This document shows positions 24,578 through 34,825 of a DNA stretch of 36,069 bases, one piece after another. The position numbers and the translations under genes are program-made. The notes beneath the pieces were generated by a model. That model ran no database searches, was not told the DNA's origin, and was given only the letters and a program-made list of their open reading frames with translations. Every line of letters begins with the position of its first letter. Positions within the stretch are counted from its first letter, which is position 1. The stretch covers positions 1-36,069 of the forward strand of contig JAZQYS010000216.1 of assembly GCA_045633645.1 (NCBI GenBank), given 5' to 3'. Source of the stretch: Victivallaceae bacterium. Lineage in GTDB: Bacteria > Verrucomicrobiota > Lentisphaeria > Victivallales > Victivallaceae.

Positions 24578-27439
24578 TTATTTATTATTTACTGATCGGG
24601 GTATTTCTTCAAGACAAATATTGTCTACTCTCATCGTTCCTGACGCCGCTCGGAGTGCGGCAATGACCACACCTTTGGAAGGAATATTTTTCCAAGTGGT
24701 GATTTCGTAACTCAAACGGTTCCACGGATGAGTCCCTGAAAGCCGTCCCAGACGCATGGGATGAATGGCTTTTTTTCCGGCATAAAGAGAGACATCCAGA
24801 CCTTCACCTTTGACATTATCCAGTTTGCAGAAGAAACTCAAACGGTATTTCGTATCAGGTTTGAGTCCTGAAACAGGCAGCTGAAAGGACATCTGTCCTT
24901 TTTGACTTCTGCTTTCAAAAAGTACGCTCTGTCCGCCGGAAACAAAGCACTTTTTATCAAAAGAAATCTTCTGATTGGGTTTATCACGGAAAGCGACGAA
25001 AAAGCGGCGGGACTTCCAGTCATTGATATCAAGTCCTTCAAGAGTGCCGTCTTTGAGCATATTGGAGCTTTTCTTACCCGAAAGATCAATCAAGCCCCAG
25101 TATTCAGGCGTGTGAAAATTGGGCGGATCCGGAATCGCAAGCCAGGCGTAAAACTCCTCTTTCACTTTCGGACCGGTCTTTTTCAATACACGGCGGCGCG
25201 CCAGCAGCGCCGGGAATGTACTGCGGTATTTGCCGAGCATTGCTTTGGGAATGACAAGTTTTCCGTTCCAGCTGTCCTGATTGCGTTTGACAGAAAGGGA
25301 GGAAATATTTTTCTTCTGAAGTTTTCCGTAAACAAAAGTATCCATAACGCCGTTGGCATTGATACAGAACTGAATGAAATTTTTTCTGTCGCCGGAGGGA
25401 TTGAGGAAAATTTCCACTTCAGAATCGCGCCAGACTTCTCCCGTACAGTCTTTTACCGCAGCAGCGCGGATGTGTTCCATGGCAGGTTCCTGACAGTTGA
25501 ACTCAAATTCAAGAGCCTCTTTCTTTTCAATCACCCTGAAAGTTGTGATAACTTCTGCGATACTGCCTTTGCGCGGTCTTGCCCAGACGGTTTCGCCGGG
25601 ACGCATGACCCAATTACCGATGGCTTTCTGATTTTCGGCAAATTTCTTCTGACGGGCAAGCAGCGGCGCATAAAGAGATTCGCGCATGAATTTCACACGG
25701 GAACTTGCGGCTTTGTCATTGCGGACAGCTCTTGCGGCTTTATCCCACAAGGAATCAAAGTGTTTGATACGTGCGGGAGAAAAAACTTGTGTCCATGTTT
25801 CAATTTCATTGGCAATGACAGCTTCTCCGCCCATCATGGAGTCTTTCATTCCCTTGATAAGTTCCTTATCCCAGATTTTCTCAAGAATATCAAAGTATTC
25901 ACGGATAAAAGGTGCGCCTTTGCCGTACATGTTGACAAAATACTCGTCCATGACACCTTTCAGATCGGCATTGTTATTCCAGGCGTATTTGAAAAACAGA
26001 TAAAGGTTGAGGTGACGGAAGAGAAAGTAATCAATACACTCCGAAAGAAATACGCCTGAAAACCAATCCTTGCGCTGTTTGAAGTAATCACAGAGAATAT
26101 TGTGGTGAAAATCAGGCACTCCGGGAAAACGGCGGAGCATATATTTACCTGTCCAGGCACGGAGCAGGATACGTCCGTTGCATTTTTTCTGCCATGCTTT
26201 TATGACATTATCGTTGCGTTTGAGTGTCGGCGTATCGCCCTGGACACCCGGAAAAACCACAACGACCGGCAGAATATTGTCGGGAATATCGCAATCAGGA
26301 ACAATATCATACGGCACATAAGCAAGCATGATAATCCGGGCATTGGGAACTTTCTCTTTTTTGAGACGGTTGGCAATGCGTGCAGTGAACTTCCACACTT
26401 CGGTACTGATTCTTTTGCGGACAGCAGGATTTTTATAGGCGTGTTTATCCAGTCCGGCTTTGCGGCACTTGGCACAGGCACACCAGAAAAAAGCATCGTC
26501 ATGCGTCATATTGACGCCTCTCGGAGAAAACATGACTGGCGACCATCTTTCCAAACCGCGGCTTGAAGCGGGCTTACCGAGAAAATAAGCCTTGATATCC
26601 TGATAAATTTCTTCTTCAATACCGCTGTTGAGGCAGAATTGAGTGCTGTACTCTTTGCGGACTTCAGGCAGACGTTTTCCGTTGGGATACAAGGCAAAGT
26701 ATTCAGGATGTGTCTTATAAAAGCGTTTAAGATAATTTCCGCGCTGAAGCGCATTGGTCATGCCGGGAGAGATGGTATCAGAACGCAGCCGCAGCGTATT
26801 GAGCAAGTGCGCCGGCGGTCTTTTGTACTCATGACAGCCGGGATACATTTTGCCCGAAGTTTCCACCCAGGGCAGATAAGAGCGTTCCTCCATATCCGGA
26901 AAGTCAAGGATATCAATTTGTGCGGGAACTGCCAGTTTCTTTGCAGGAACGACGGTTCCGACCTCTCCCGGAAAATAAAATCTGACACCGGCAAAACGCT
27001 CCAGAAAATCATAAGTTCCGTAGAGACTGCCTTTATAATAACCGAATGCATTGGGGCGTGTCAATTTTTTCACATCTGCCGACGGCGTATCAACTCCGAA
27101 AATGTAGACATTATCTTTTTCTCTTATGATTCGGAAAGCTCCGGACGGAAACTGACTCATATCCTGCACAGTCACGGGGTAAGCCGGATTTTTACCGATA
27201 ATAAGATTAAGAGCGTCCGCTTGAGGCTTTCGCACCTGAACAACTTGCACACCGCCGCGTTTGAGCAGACGGAAAGCCTCTTCAGCAGCAAAAGCCGCCA
27301 TTTTATTACCGGGAGCAGCAATAACAGCAACCTTGCGCGGAAAAACTGCCGCTCCTGAAAACTGTATGCTTCTTCTGACTTCCGCTCCCGGAAGAGTCAA
27401 CAGAAACAGACAGAGAAGAAGAAGTGCGCGTTTAATCAT
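24578..27439 (-). CDS. secreted DUF4838-like putative glycoside hydrolase with CBM9-like and C-terminal beta-sandwich modules, paralog A
   Basis: Signal peptide MIKRALLLLCLFLLTLPGAEV. Blocks YDFLERFAGVRFYFPGEVGTVVP and GKPASSRGLERWSP. CBM9-like DSEVEIFLNPSGDRKNFIQFCINANGV. Homologous end to end with the next gene. Confidence 0.6.
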   Translation of the reverse strand: MIKRALLLLCLFLLTLPGAEVRRSIQFSGAAVFPRKVAVIAAPGNKMAAFAAEEAFRLLKRGGVQVVQVRKPQADALNLIIGKNPAYPVTVQDMSQFPSGAFRIIREKDNVYIFGVDTPSADVKKLTRPNAFGYYKGSLYGTYDFLERFAGVRFYFPGEVGTVVPAKKLAVPAQIDILDFPDMEERSYLPWVETSGKMYPGCHEYKRPPAHLLNTLRLRSDTISPGMTNALQRGNYLKRFYKTHPEYFALYPNGKRLPEVRKEYSTQFCLNSGIEEEIYQDIKAYFLGKPASSRGLERWSPVMFSPRGVNMTHDDAFFWCACAKCRKAGLDKHAYKNPAVRKRISTEVWKFTARIANRLKKEKVPNARIIMLAYVPYDIVPDCDIPDNILPVVVVFPGVQGDTPTLKRNDNVIKAWQKKCNGRILLRAWTGKYMLRRFPGVPDFHHNILCDYFKQRKDWFSGVFLSECIDYFLFRHLNLYLFFKYAWNNNADLKGVMDEYFVNMYGKGAPFIREYFDILEKIWDKELIKGMKDSMMGGEAVIANEIETWTQVFSPARIKHFDSLWDKAARAVRNDKAASSRVKFMRESLYAPLLARQKKFAENQKAIGNWVMRPGETVWARPRKGSIAEVITTFRVIEKKEALEFEFNCQEPAMEHIRAAAVKDCTGEVWRDSEVEIFLNPSGDRKNFIQFCINANGVMDTFVYGKLQKKNISSLSVKRNQDSWNGKLVIPKAMLGKYRSTFPALLARRRVLKKTGPKVKEEFYAWLAIPDPPNFHTPEYWGLIDLSGKKSSNMLKDGTLEGLDINDWKSRRFFVAFRDKPNQKISFDKKCFVSGGQSVLFESRSQKGQMSFQLPVSGLKPDTKYRLSFFCKLDNVKGEGLDVSLYAGKKAIHPMRLGRLSGTHPWNRLSYEITTWKNIPSKGVVIAALRAASGTMRVDNICLEEIPRSVNNK

Positions 27440-27464
27440 CTTGTCATACTCTCAACAAAAAACA

Positions 27465-30362
27465 CTATTTTTCTTCAATCAGTTCAACGTGGTCGATCCA
27501 GACTTTGCCTTTTTCCTTGTCGCTGACGAAAAGATTGACTCTCGGTTTATGCTGTTTACCGAAAACTTTGGGTGCGGTAAAGACTTTATCAACACGATGC
27601 CAGTTGTTGGTACCGCGGATGTAATCTTTGTACGTTCCGAGGACGTAAACAGCCTGGGCAGGCGCACCGCCGAAACGGATGATGCCGCGCACGCCGGGGG
27701 AGGCATTTTCAGTTTTGACATAGAAACTGAAGCGGTACTTTCTGCCGGGAACGACGGGAAGAATCTGAAGGGCGTTATTTCCTTTGGCTTCAAGGCGCAG
27801 GGAAGCACCGCGGGTGAGGAAGACTTCAGTATCGCGGTTGATGACTTTTCCTGCACTCCAATCGCCGGGACCGATGTGACGTTGGGCATGAACTTTCTTT
27901 TCAAAATCAGGACTTTTGATCAGATTTTCAGGGAGACTTGCCGGATCAAGCACAAGGATACCACAGTTTTCAGCGATATTGCGGTCTTTGGGATACCAGA
28001 CATAGAAGCTCGTGCCGACTTTGGTATTTTTCAAAGTCCTGCTGCGGGTAAAGTTTGCCATCAGATTTTTTCTTCCGGCAAGTTCGGGCATACTCTTGCG
28101 GGGGATACGCACTTCAACAAAGTATTTTTTGCCGGGTACTGTGGAAACTTTGGCGGTGAATCCCGAGTTGAAATTGACATCCACACCGACTGTTTCATTC
28201 CGCAGATCGCAAGTGGCTCCGGCGGCATTGATCATGAACTGATAGATGAAATTGCTGCCGCTTTCGGCGGAAAGGAAGATTTCCACACCGCTGTCACGCC
28301 AGATTTCAGTGCTGTCTTTTCCACGGGTCAACAGGGCTGAAATTTTATCGGTAAGAGGTTCTTCCGCCTCAAAACCGAAGTAGAAATAATCTTTATCCTG
28401 CAGAACCTTGACGGTGGTCTGCACTTCAACTTTTTTCCATTTGCTGCCGACAAGGTTGATGGGAACAGCCTTTTTCCATGCCGTTTCATTGAGTTTGCCG
28501 TCAACGGTGATTTTTCCGGCATCGGCGGCGATGAGGGTCCAGGCGGAACGGCTGGCGTTTTCTTTGGCAAAAGTGGCAGCACCTTTGAGGACGGGTCCCC
28601 AGAAATACTGACGCATAAAGCGCAGACGCTCCAGAGACTTTTTATCTTTTGCAGCAGCTTTTTCAGCTTTGTCAAAGAGGGAAGTCAATTCAGCGACTTT
28701 GGCGGGTGAGTAGATTTTGGTCCAGATATCACGCCGGGTGGGCAGGAGCCAGTTTTCACCCCAGGGGGTCTGAACGGTTTCTTTCAAAATCTTATTCATC
28801 CAGAGATTTTCAATTTCAAGATAGAGTTTTGCCATATAGGGCGCACCGGCACCGTACATGAGACGGCAATGTTCATCAATGATTTTTTCGGTATCAACGT
28901 CAAAATCCCACATGACTTTGCCGCAGATATAGTGGTTGAGGAAACCGAAGAGCCAGAAGTCTGTTCCGGATTCAACAAAACCGCCGTAAATATGGTTTCT
29001 CTGCGATTTGTAGAAAGCGGAAATCGCGCGGGGTGTGAAGTTGGGAACGTAAGGCACGGCGGCAACGGCTTTGGTGGGATAAGTCCAGGTGCTGATTTTG
29101 TTGTTCAAGCGTTTGTGCCAGGCTTTAATGCGGGCAGCGTCGTTGGCACGTTTGCGCGGATTGCTCATCGACCAGGGACCGCGGACGGCAACCCCCAGAG
29201 AGATGTTGTCGGGAATATCAATGGTCGGCATGGCAGAAAATGCGCCGTAACTGTTGACAATGACCATACCGGGGATGTTGTTTTCTTTAAGTTTTTTTGC
29301 AATTCCGGTGAAGAACTTCCAGATATGATTGCTGCGATCCTGTCTTGAGGTGATTTTTTTGCAGCGGGGGCAGAGACACCACAACATTCCGTCATTGGGG
29401 GCGGGGTTGACGTGGAAGGTATTCCAGCGCGGACTCCATTTTGAAATGCCTCTGGAAGAGGCGGGTTTGCCGGTCAATGCGGCGACTGCGTCTTTGTAAA
29501 CCTCTTCAAGCAATCCCTCTGAACTGTAACAGAGATGTCCGTGTTTGTGGTAACTCATGGTATTATCGGTACCGTCACGCCGTCTGCCGTCGGCAGTCAT
29601 GGCGAAAAATTCAGGATTGCTCTTGCGGAAACGTTTGGCAAGCTCAAGGTCATTCAAGCCGTGGCAGGAACGGACGCTGTTAAGAGAACTGTTGCGCCAG
29701 ATATCGGGATTGTTTTCTTTCATACCGGGGTAGGCATAGACCACATCACCGCCGCCGCGGTTGCTGGGACTGGTCCAAATCCAGCGGTACTGAGTGTCGG
29801 GACGTTCCGCGATGTCGATTTCGGGAATGCTCCAGTTTTTCTTTTCAGGAACGATGGTACCGATTTTGCCGGGGAAATAATAACGGACTCCGGCAAAACG
29901 TTCCAGAAAATCATAAACGCCGAAAAGCGTTGCCCACTGTTTCATGCGGGGATTATTGCTGTCCACACCGGTAATAAAAATTTTATTGCCGACGGTCTTA
30001 ATGTAAAATCCGTCACGGTCAAGTTTTTCGGGATTGATTCCCGCCGCTTTGGATTCAGGACAGATACCAAGATAAAAAGCGGGAACTTTGCCTGAAGCTT
30101 TTTTGACGGCAGAAATCTTTTTTCCCGTAATTTCACTCAACCGGGCGACAAGTTCTCTTGCGGCTCTGCCGGCAACGGGATTGGCGGGCGTGACGACTTC
30201 AAAACACGCTTTTCCGTCTTTAACAAGGGTCAGCGCAGGTTTACTGCCGATATTGATAACTCTCTTTGAAACGGCATAAGGGGTGAACAGGCGTTTTTCA
30301 GCGGCACCGAGTGTACCGGCAAGAGTCAACGCAAGGATAGAAAATATAATTGTCTTGTTCAT
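27465..30362 (-). CDS. secreted DUF4838-like putative glycoside hydrolase with CBM9-like and C-terminal beta-sandwich modules, paralog B
   Basis: Signal peptide MNKTIIFSILALTLAGTLGAAEK. Blocks YDFLERFAGVRYYFPGKIGTIVP and GKPASSRGISKWSP. CBM9-like DSGVEIFLSAESGSNFIYQFMINAAGA. Confidence 0.6.
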   Translation of the reverse strand: MNKTIIFSILALTLAGTLGAAEKRLFTPYAVSKRVINIGSKPALTLVKDGKACFEVVTPANPVAGRAARELVARLSEITGKKISAVKKASGKVPAFYLGICPESKAAGINPEKLDRDGFYIKTVGNKIFITGVDSNNPRMKQWATLFGVYDFLERFAGVRYYFPGKIGTIVPEKKNWSIPEIDIAERPDTQYRWIWTSPSNRGGGDVVYAYPGMKENNPDIWRNSSLNSVRSCHGLNDLELAKRFRKSNPEFFAMTADGRRRDGTDNTMSYHKHGHLCYSSEGLLEEVYKDAVAALTGKPASSRGISKWSPRWNTFHVNPAPNDGMLWCLCPRCKKITSRQDRSNHIWKFFTGIAKKLKENNIPGMVIVNSYGAFSAMPTIDIPDNISLGVAVRGPWSMSNPRKRANDAARIKAWHKRLNNKISTWTYPTKAVAAVPYVPNFTPRAISAFYKSQRNHIYGGFVESGTDFWLFGFLNHYICGKVMWDFDVDTEKIIDEHCRLMYGAGAPYMAKLYLEIENLWMNKILKETVQTPWGENWLLPTRRDIWTKIYSPAKVAELTSLFDKAEKAAAKDKKSLERLRFMRQYFWGPVLKGAATFAKENASRSAWTLIAADAGKITVDGKLNETAWKKAVPINLVGSKWKKVEVQTTVKVLQDKDYFYFGFEAEEPLTDKISALLTRGKDSTEIWRDSGVEIFLSAESGSNFIYQFMINAAGATCDLRNETVGVDVNFNSGFTAKVSTVPGKKYFVEVRIPRKSMPELAGRKNLMANFTRSRTLKNTKVGTSFYVWYPKDRNIAENCGILVLDPASLPENLIKSPDFEKKVHAQRHIGPGDWSAGKVINRDTEVFLTRGASLRLEAKGNNALQILPVVPGRKYRFSFYVKTENASPGVRGIIRFGGAPAQAVYVLGTYKDYIRGTNNWHRVDKVFTAPKVFGKQHKPRVNLFVSDKEKGKVWIDHVELIEEK

Positions 30363-30388
30363 TGTTTTTTGTTTTTTCTTTGTTATGA

Positions 30389-31201
30389 TTATTTTGCAAA
30401 CGGATTCACATCAGGTCCGGCATAGGGGAAACGGTCTGAACTGTATTTGAATGCGGGAATATCTTCAGCATTGACGGCTTTAACATGTCCGTCAGCGTAA
30501 GCAATATTGGCATTTCTGTTGTGCCGGGCAGAGAGAGAATCATCATAATACTTTTCAGCAGTATCCAGATGTAAACGGGTATAATAACTGGTGTACCCTG
30601 AACCTGAACTGTCACCGTAAACAAGCAATCTTGACGGATGTTTGACTGTCGTCATACGGACAGGTTTCATACCATAGTTATTGATCATATTGCTGTTGAC
30701 GGCATAACTTCTGAAAACAGAGTTCAAGACAAAAGGATAATTGGGAGCAATCGTGTCCAGGCGTTCAAATCTCATATCAGCATCAGTTGTCCCGGGACAG
30801 GCGTACTTACTGACACACATACCCCTGGCAATCTTTTCAAAACTGCCCCAGCGCGACGCACCCATGCCGCCGCTGCCTATATCAATTTTTTCTGCGGGGA
30901 AGAAATCACGCAAAGGCGACTTGAAACGGTTTGCTGCAGTAGAATCTTTGGTATACAAATTCCAGAAATAACTCATTGAAGCATCATAAGCCCCCCAGGG
31001 GAAAAAGTCTTCAAAAGCATCCTGATAAAACATCGTTGCCTTTGAAAGTTGAGCGATGTTGTTGAGACAGTTTGATGCCTTCGCCGTGTTTCTTGCCTGC
31101 TGCAAAGCGGGCATAAGCATCGCCGCAAGAATGGCGATAATTGCAATAACGACCAAGAGTTCAATCAAGGTGAAACGGAAAAATTTTTTTGCTTTCAACA
31201 T
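30389..31201 (-). CDS. prepilin-type N-terminal domain protein with C-terminal H-X9-DG motif (DUF1559-like), second copy
   Basis: [49 protein letters not shown] fits H-X9-DG. Strong RBS AAGGAGGA upstream. Confidence 0.85.
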   Translation of the reverse strand: MLKAKKFFRFTLIELLVVIAIIAILAAMLMPALQQARNTAKASNCLNNIAQLSKATMFYQDAFEDFFPWGAYDASMSYFWNLYTKDSTAANRFKSPLRDFFPAEKIDIGSGGMGASRWGSFEKIARGMCVSKYACPGTTDADMRFERLDTIAPNYPFVLNSVFRSYAVNSNMINNYGMKPVRMTTVKHPSRLLVYGDSSGSGYTSYYTRLHLDTAEKYYDDSLSARHNRNANIAYADGHVKAVNAEDIPAFKYSSDRFPYAGPDVNPFAK

Positions 31202-31291
31202 AGGATCCTCCTTTTTTTATTTAATTTGAATGAATCAGAAATTTCTTTGCTTGTATCCGTTCCGGAAAATAAATGGTGAAGTTTTCCTCTC

Positions 31292-33619
31292 TTACGTTCC
31301 TGTTCCTGTTGTTTTTACCATAGTCTGTTGAAAAGAGATCTCAACGACCGGATGCCGGACTTTTCCGCCGGGGGCATAGGGCTGAAGCCATCGGGGATTG
31401 TCTCCCGGCCGGAGATTGACAAAACGCTCTTGCCCGAACATCGGACCGCATGAAGTGTATCTTTCAATCCTCAATTCAACGGTTTTTCCTGCGAGGTGCT
31501 CCGGAATTCTCCAAATGTACGGCGTCCGGAAGCCTTCGGACATTTTTTCTCCGTTGAGGAAAAGTTCCGTAAAGAGTCCGTCTGTTTCAAATTGAAGAGT
31601 GAATGCGTCGCTGGGAATATCTACCGTACCGGTCTGAATGAGTTTACCGATGTAATTTTCCAGTCCGGCTCCGTCTTGCTGATATTCTGAGATACTGCTG
31701 CCGGAAGCGGCAAAGTTTCCTGCCAGAAATGCACAGGGCAGGAAAGGATATTCCGGAAAGTCACCCTTCATTTCAATTACATGTTCTCCTGCAGAAAGCC
31801 GGAGAGGAACACTTTCCTTATAAAGTTCCCTGAATCCTTCGGGCAATGCGCTTGTAAAACCTGAGATTTCAACGGGACGACCGTCCAGTTCAAGAACAAC
31901 AGCGTCATCACATTGCCGCAGCAGCAGAACAAGATTTTCAAGAGCGGAATCCAACTTGATACGGCAAAATCCGTTTTCAAAAGAAAGACGTTTCAGATCA
32001 GGTCTGTCAAGTTGAATCCGCCATCCGCAAAAGGAAACAACGCCCTCAGGAGGCAGCTCAAAAACGACTTTTCTGCCGTTCCGGTGGAGACAAAGCCTGC
32101 GTGGATCCTGTGAATTGGAAAAGTTGACAACCTGACATGAACCATCCGCAAAAGTCCGGATAAAAATATCCCGGGCAAGAGAACCATCCGGTTCCCGGAT
32201 TGCCGTTTTCAGCGGACTTGCTTTGTCAAGAATGTTCAAAAACGCAGTAAAAGAAGAACATCTGTGATATGAACCGTCGGGCATTTTTTCGGTGGAAATA
32301 CCCTCTTGTTCAACCCGGAGAACCACAGGAGCGGAACTTGGCTCATCTTCTCCGATAAGACTCCACTGCCTCTGTTCTTTTACCAGTTGAATCAGCAGTT
32401 CAATCAGTTGAGCTTCACTGCCGGGACGGCGGATTTGTATCTCAGGCGTGTACCCTTTCCGGGCAACAGCAGCAGCGTTTACCGCGTCACTTTTTAATGC
32501 GGCAAACGCAGGAAAACACGGCTGAGCCGGAGAAAAGGCATTAAAATACTGAGTTTTGACAGCGTTGCCCCGCATATCAAACGGCGAAACAGCAAGCAGG
32601 TAATGATCTATGCCGAACATGGCAAAAAGGTGAATCTGTCTTCTGATTTCGGAAAAACTCATATCGCAGGGTCCCAGAGCGAAAAGCTCTGCCAGTCCGC
32701 CGTTCCCGTTTTTCCTGACAGCGTGTTCAACGGTCGCAAGCGTGAGCCATTCAATGCTGTGAATCGCCGAATTGGTGCCGATTTCATCCACAGCAGGCAG
32801 CGAAAAAGCATCTGTAACAGCCATGGGAGTTCCGCTGGCATAAGATGAACCGCGGAGTGTATGCTCATTCAGCAGATGTCCGGTCAGCAGAAGTCCGTGC
32901 GAATCGCACCATCTGCGGACAGGCAGAATAAAAGCGTCAAGGAAACGCCTTCCCAGCAGTTGATCGGCAAAGGGTTTCCAGAAAGGAGCGCACCGGTTGC
33001 GGAGACAGAAAACCATGTCATGCCGCAGAGAACTGCCCGTCATTTTTTCGTAATCTTCTTCCAGTCCCGGATAATAAGCAATATCCGCCAATGGACCGTT
33101 ACCGGGTTCTCCGCCGATATATGCGAAAGCAGGTTCATCGGTAAAAAATCCTTTGATGAGAGATCCGAAATCCCTGCCGAAATGTTCTGCATATTTTTCG
33201 TGCGTACAGGCAATAAACTCCCGTGCCGCTCCGGGATTCAACACATCAGGCGCATTGGGATTCGAAAACAAGTCAAAAGAAAAACTGCCGTTCTTTTCGG
33301 ACACACGGAAATACTTGAGGCTGTATTCCGGATTTTCCCGCATAAGCCTGCCGCCGCACTGACCGCTGGGCCAATTGAATTCGTCATAAAGCCAGACAGA
33401 AGCAAAGCCCAGATTCCGGCATTCGTCCAAAATGCTGCCGCAGGTATCAAACCATTCACCGGACATATATTCCAGTTCACACCCGGAACGCGGATAGATC
33501 ATAAATTGGGAAAAGCCCGCTTCCCGTAAAGAGCCCAGAAAAGCGCGGATTTTGTCCCTGTCGGGACGTCCGGTCACGGCGCCCATCGGAATCAGCGGAT
33601 TTTCAGCGGTATTAAACAT
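31292..33619 (-). CDS. large cytoplasmic putative glycoside hydrolase (family unassigned; YDE-x-NWPSG-x-GG block as in GH106 / GH2-sugar-binding-like proteins)
   Basis: 775 aa with no signal peptide. N-terminal TIM-barrel-like region with WLYDEFNWPSGQCGG. Sits in an operon with other glycan enzymes. Confidence 0.45.
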   Translation of the reverse strand: MFNTAENPLIPMGAVTGRPDRDKIRAFLGSLREAGFSQFMIYPRSGCELEYMSGEWFDTCGSILDECRNLGFASVWLYDEFNWPSGQCGGRLMRENPEYSLKYFRVSEKNGSFSFDLFSNPNAPDVLNPGAAREFIACTHEKYAEHFGRDFGSLIKGFFTDEPAFAYIGGEPGNGPLADIAYYPGLEEDYEKMTGSSLRHDMVFCLRNRCAPFWKPFADQLLGRRFLDAFILPVRRWCDSHGLLLTGHLLNEHTLRGSSYASGTPMAVTDAFSLPAVDEIGTNSAIHSIEWLTLATVEHAVRKNGNGGLAELFALGPCDMSFSEIRRQIHLFAMFGIDHYLLAVSPFDMRGNAVKTQYFNAFSPAQPCFPAFAALKSDAVNAAAVARKGYTPEIQIRRPGSEAQLIELLIQLVKEQRQWSLIGEDEPSSAPVVLRVEQEGISTEKMPDGSYHRCSSFTAFLNILDKASPLKTAIREPDGSLARDIFIRTFADGSCQVVNFSNSQDPRRLCLHRNGRKVVFELPPEGVVSFCGWRIQLDRPDLKRLSFENGFCRIKLDSALENLVLLLRQCDDAVVLELDGRPVEISGFTSALPEGFRELYKESVPLRLSAGEHVIEMKGDFPEYPFLPCAFLAGNFAASGSSISEYQQDGAGLENYIGKLIQTGTVDIPSDAFTLQFETDGLFTELFLNGEKMSEGFRTPYIWRIPEHLAGKTVELRIERYTSCGPMFGQERFVNLRPGDNPRWLQPYAPGGKVRHPVVEISFQQTMVKTTGTGT

Positions 33620-33665
33620 TTTTTTGAACCCCGGCGTTACTTATCAATATAAACACACTTTTTGT

Positions 33666-34820
33666 TCACTTGTTGTGTACATCAGTAATCTCTTTGATTT
33701 TATCCAGCAGAGATGTACCATAGAAAGTATCGGGAATAAGATACATGCCCTCGCTCCACTCGTTCCAGGCATTGATGATAACAACATCGGTATCCATTTC
33801 AAGAGCCTCTTTGAGCATTTCGCCGACTCTTTCAGGCGTAGTATTGACTTTGATTGGATAATATCCCATCTTTTCATAATCCCATGGATAGGTCAATTCT
33901 CTGCTCCAACGGGGCGCAACGTCGCCGCCCAGAGTGATACTCGGCGCAAAGGGGAGTCCCTGTTCAGCAATCATTTTCCAGCAATGCCGCTGATAGGTCA
34001 TACTGTAACTGTAATCAAGCGTCGGCGCATCGGGCGCAACGACTTCGGCGTAATTGGTCCGCAAGCCGCTGTTGTAGGCAAAGACAGCATCAAAACCGGC
34101 ATCGCGCATCTTGGGAATACGTCCCCAGCCGCAAAAATATTCGTTATCATTACAGCAGCCGATATTCATCAAGGTATAGATACCGGGGAAGCCGTGTTTG
34201 CGGGCAACTTCATTGATGATACGCAAGACATCTTCAGGCGGAACAAATTTAAACAGCATATTGCAGTTGTAAAAACTGTAAACGGGTTTGCCGTCAATTT
34301 TCCAGTAATTTTCACATTTGAAATACTTTTCACAACTGTATTCCATCACATTGCGCAAATCCTCTTCAGAGTGCGTAATTTTAAGAAAAGGTTCACAGCT
34401 TGCCTGATTTTCATTGCCGTTCATACCGCGCAGACCGTTATCCATGGCGGGCCAGATACCCCAGCTGTGATTCGCCCACATGAGGAAAAATTTCAATCTG
34501 TTGCGGTTGGGCGCATTCAGAAAAGCCTCGTTGAGGGGTTTTTCAAGAAATTCCTCTCCGCTGTACCAGTACCAGTCAAACATAAATCCGGTGATACCGT
34601 TGTCGGCGGCAAGGTCGATTTGTTTTGCCATATATTCAGGATCGGACTCATCAAAATATCCCCACAAAGGCTTCTTGGGCTGATTGTGTCCCTTAAAAAG
34701 CGGTTTGGTGGTTTTCAAAAGTTCCCATTCACAGAAACCTTTTCCGTACCACTTTTCATAGTGACGGTCAGGATGCCAACTGGGAAAGTAAACGGCAAAC
34801 ACCTCTTTTTTCTGCTTCAT
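33666..34820 (-). CDS. glycoside hydrolase family 99-like / WbsX-like domain protein, copy B
   Basis: The ORF track runs to 34829 (MIQMKQKKE). I prefer ATG 34820 (MKQKKE), which aligns with copy A and lies 9 nt after AAGGAG. Confidence 0.7.
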   Translation of the reverse strand: MKQKKEVFAVYFPSWHPDRHYEKWYGKGFCEWELLKTTKPLFKGHNQPKKPLWGYFDESDPEYMAKQIDLAADNGITGFMFDWYWYSGEEFLEKPLNEAFLNAPNRNRLKFFLMWANHSWGIWPAMDNGLRGMNGNENQASCEPFLKITHSEEDLRNVMEYSCEKYFKCENYWKIDGKPVYSFYNCNMLFKFVPPEDVLRIINEVARKHGFPGIYTLMNIGCCNDNEYFCGWGRIPKMRDAGFDAVFAYNSGLRTNYAEVVAPDAPTLDYSYSMTYQRHCWKMIAEQGLPFAPSITLGGDVAPRWSRELTYPWDYEKMGYYPIKVNTTPERVGEMLKEALEMDTDVVIINAWNEWSEGMYLIPDTFYGTSLLDKIKEITDVHNK

Positions 34821-34825
34821 TTGTA

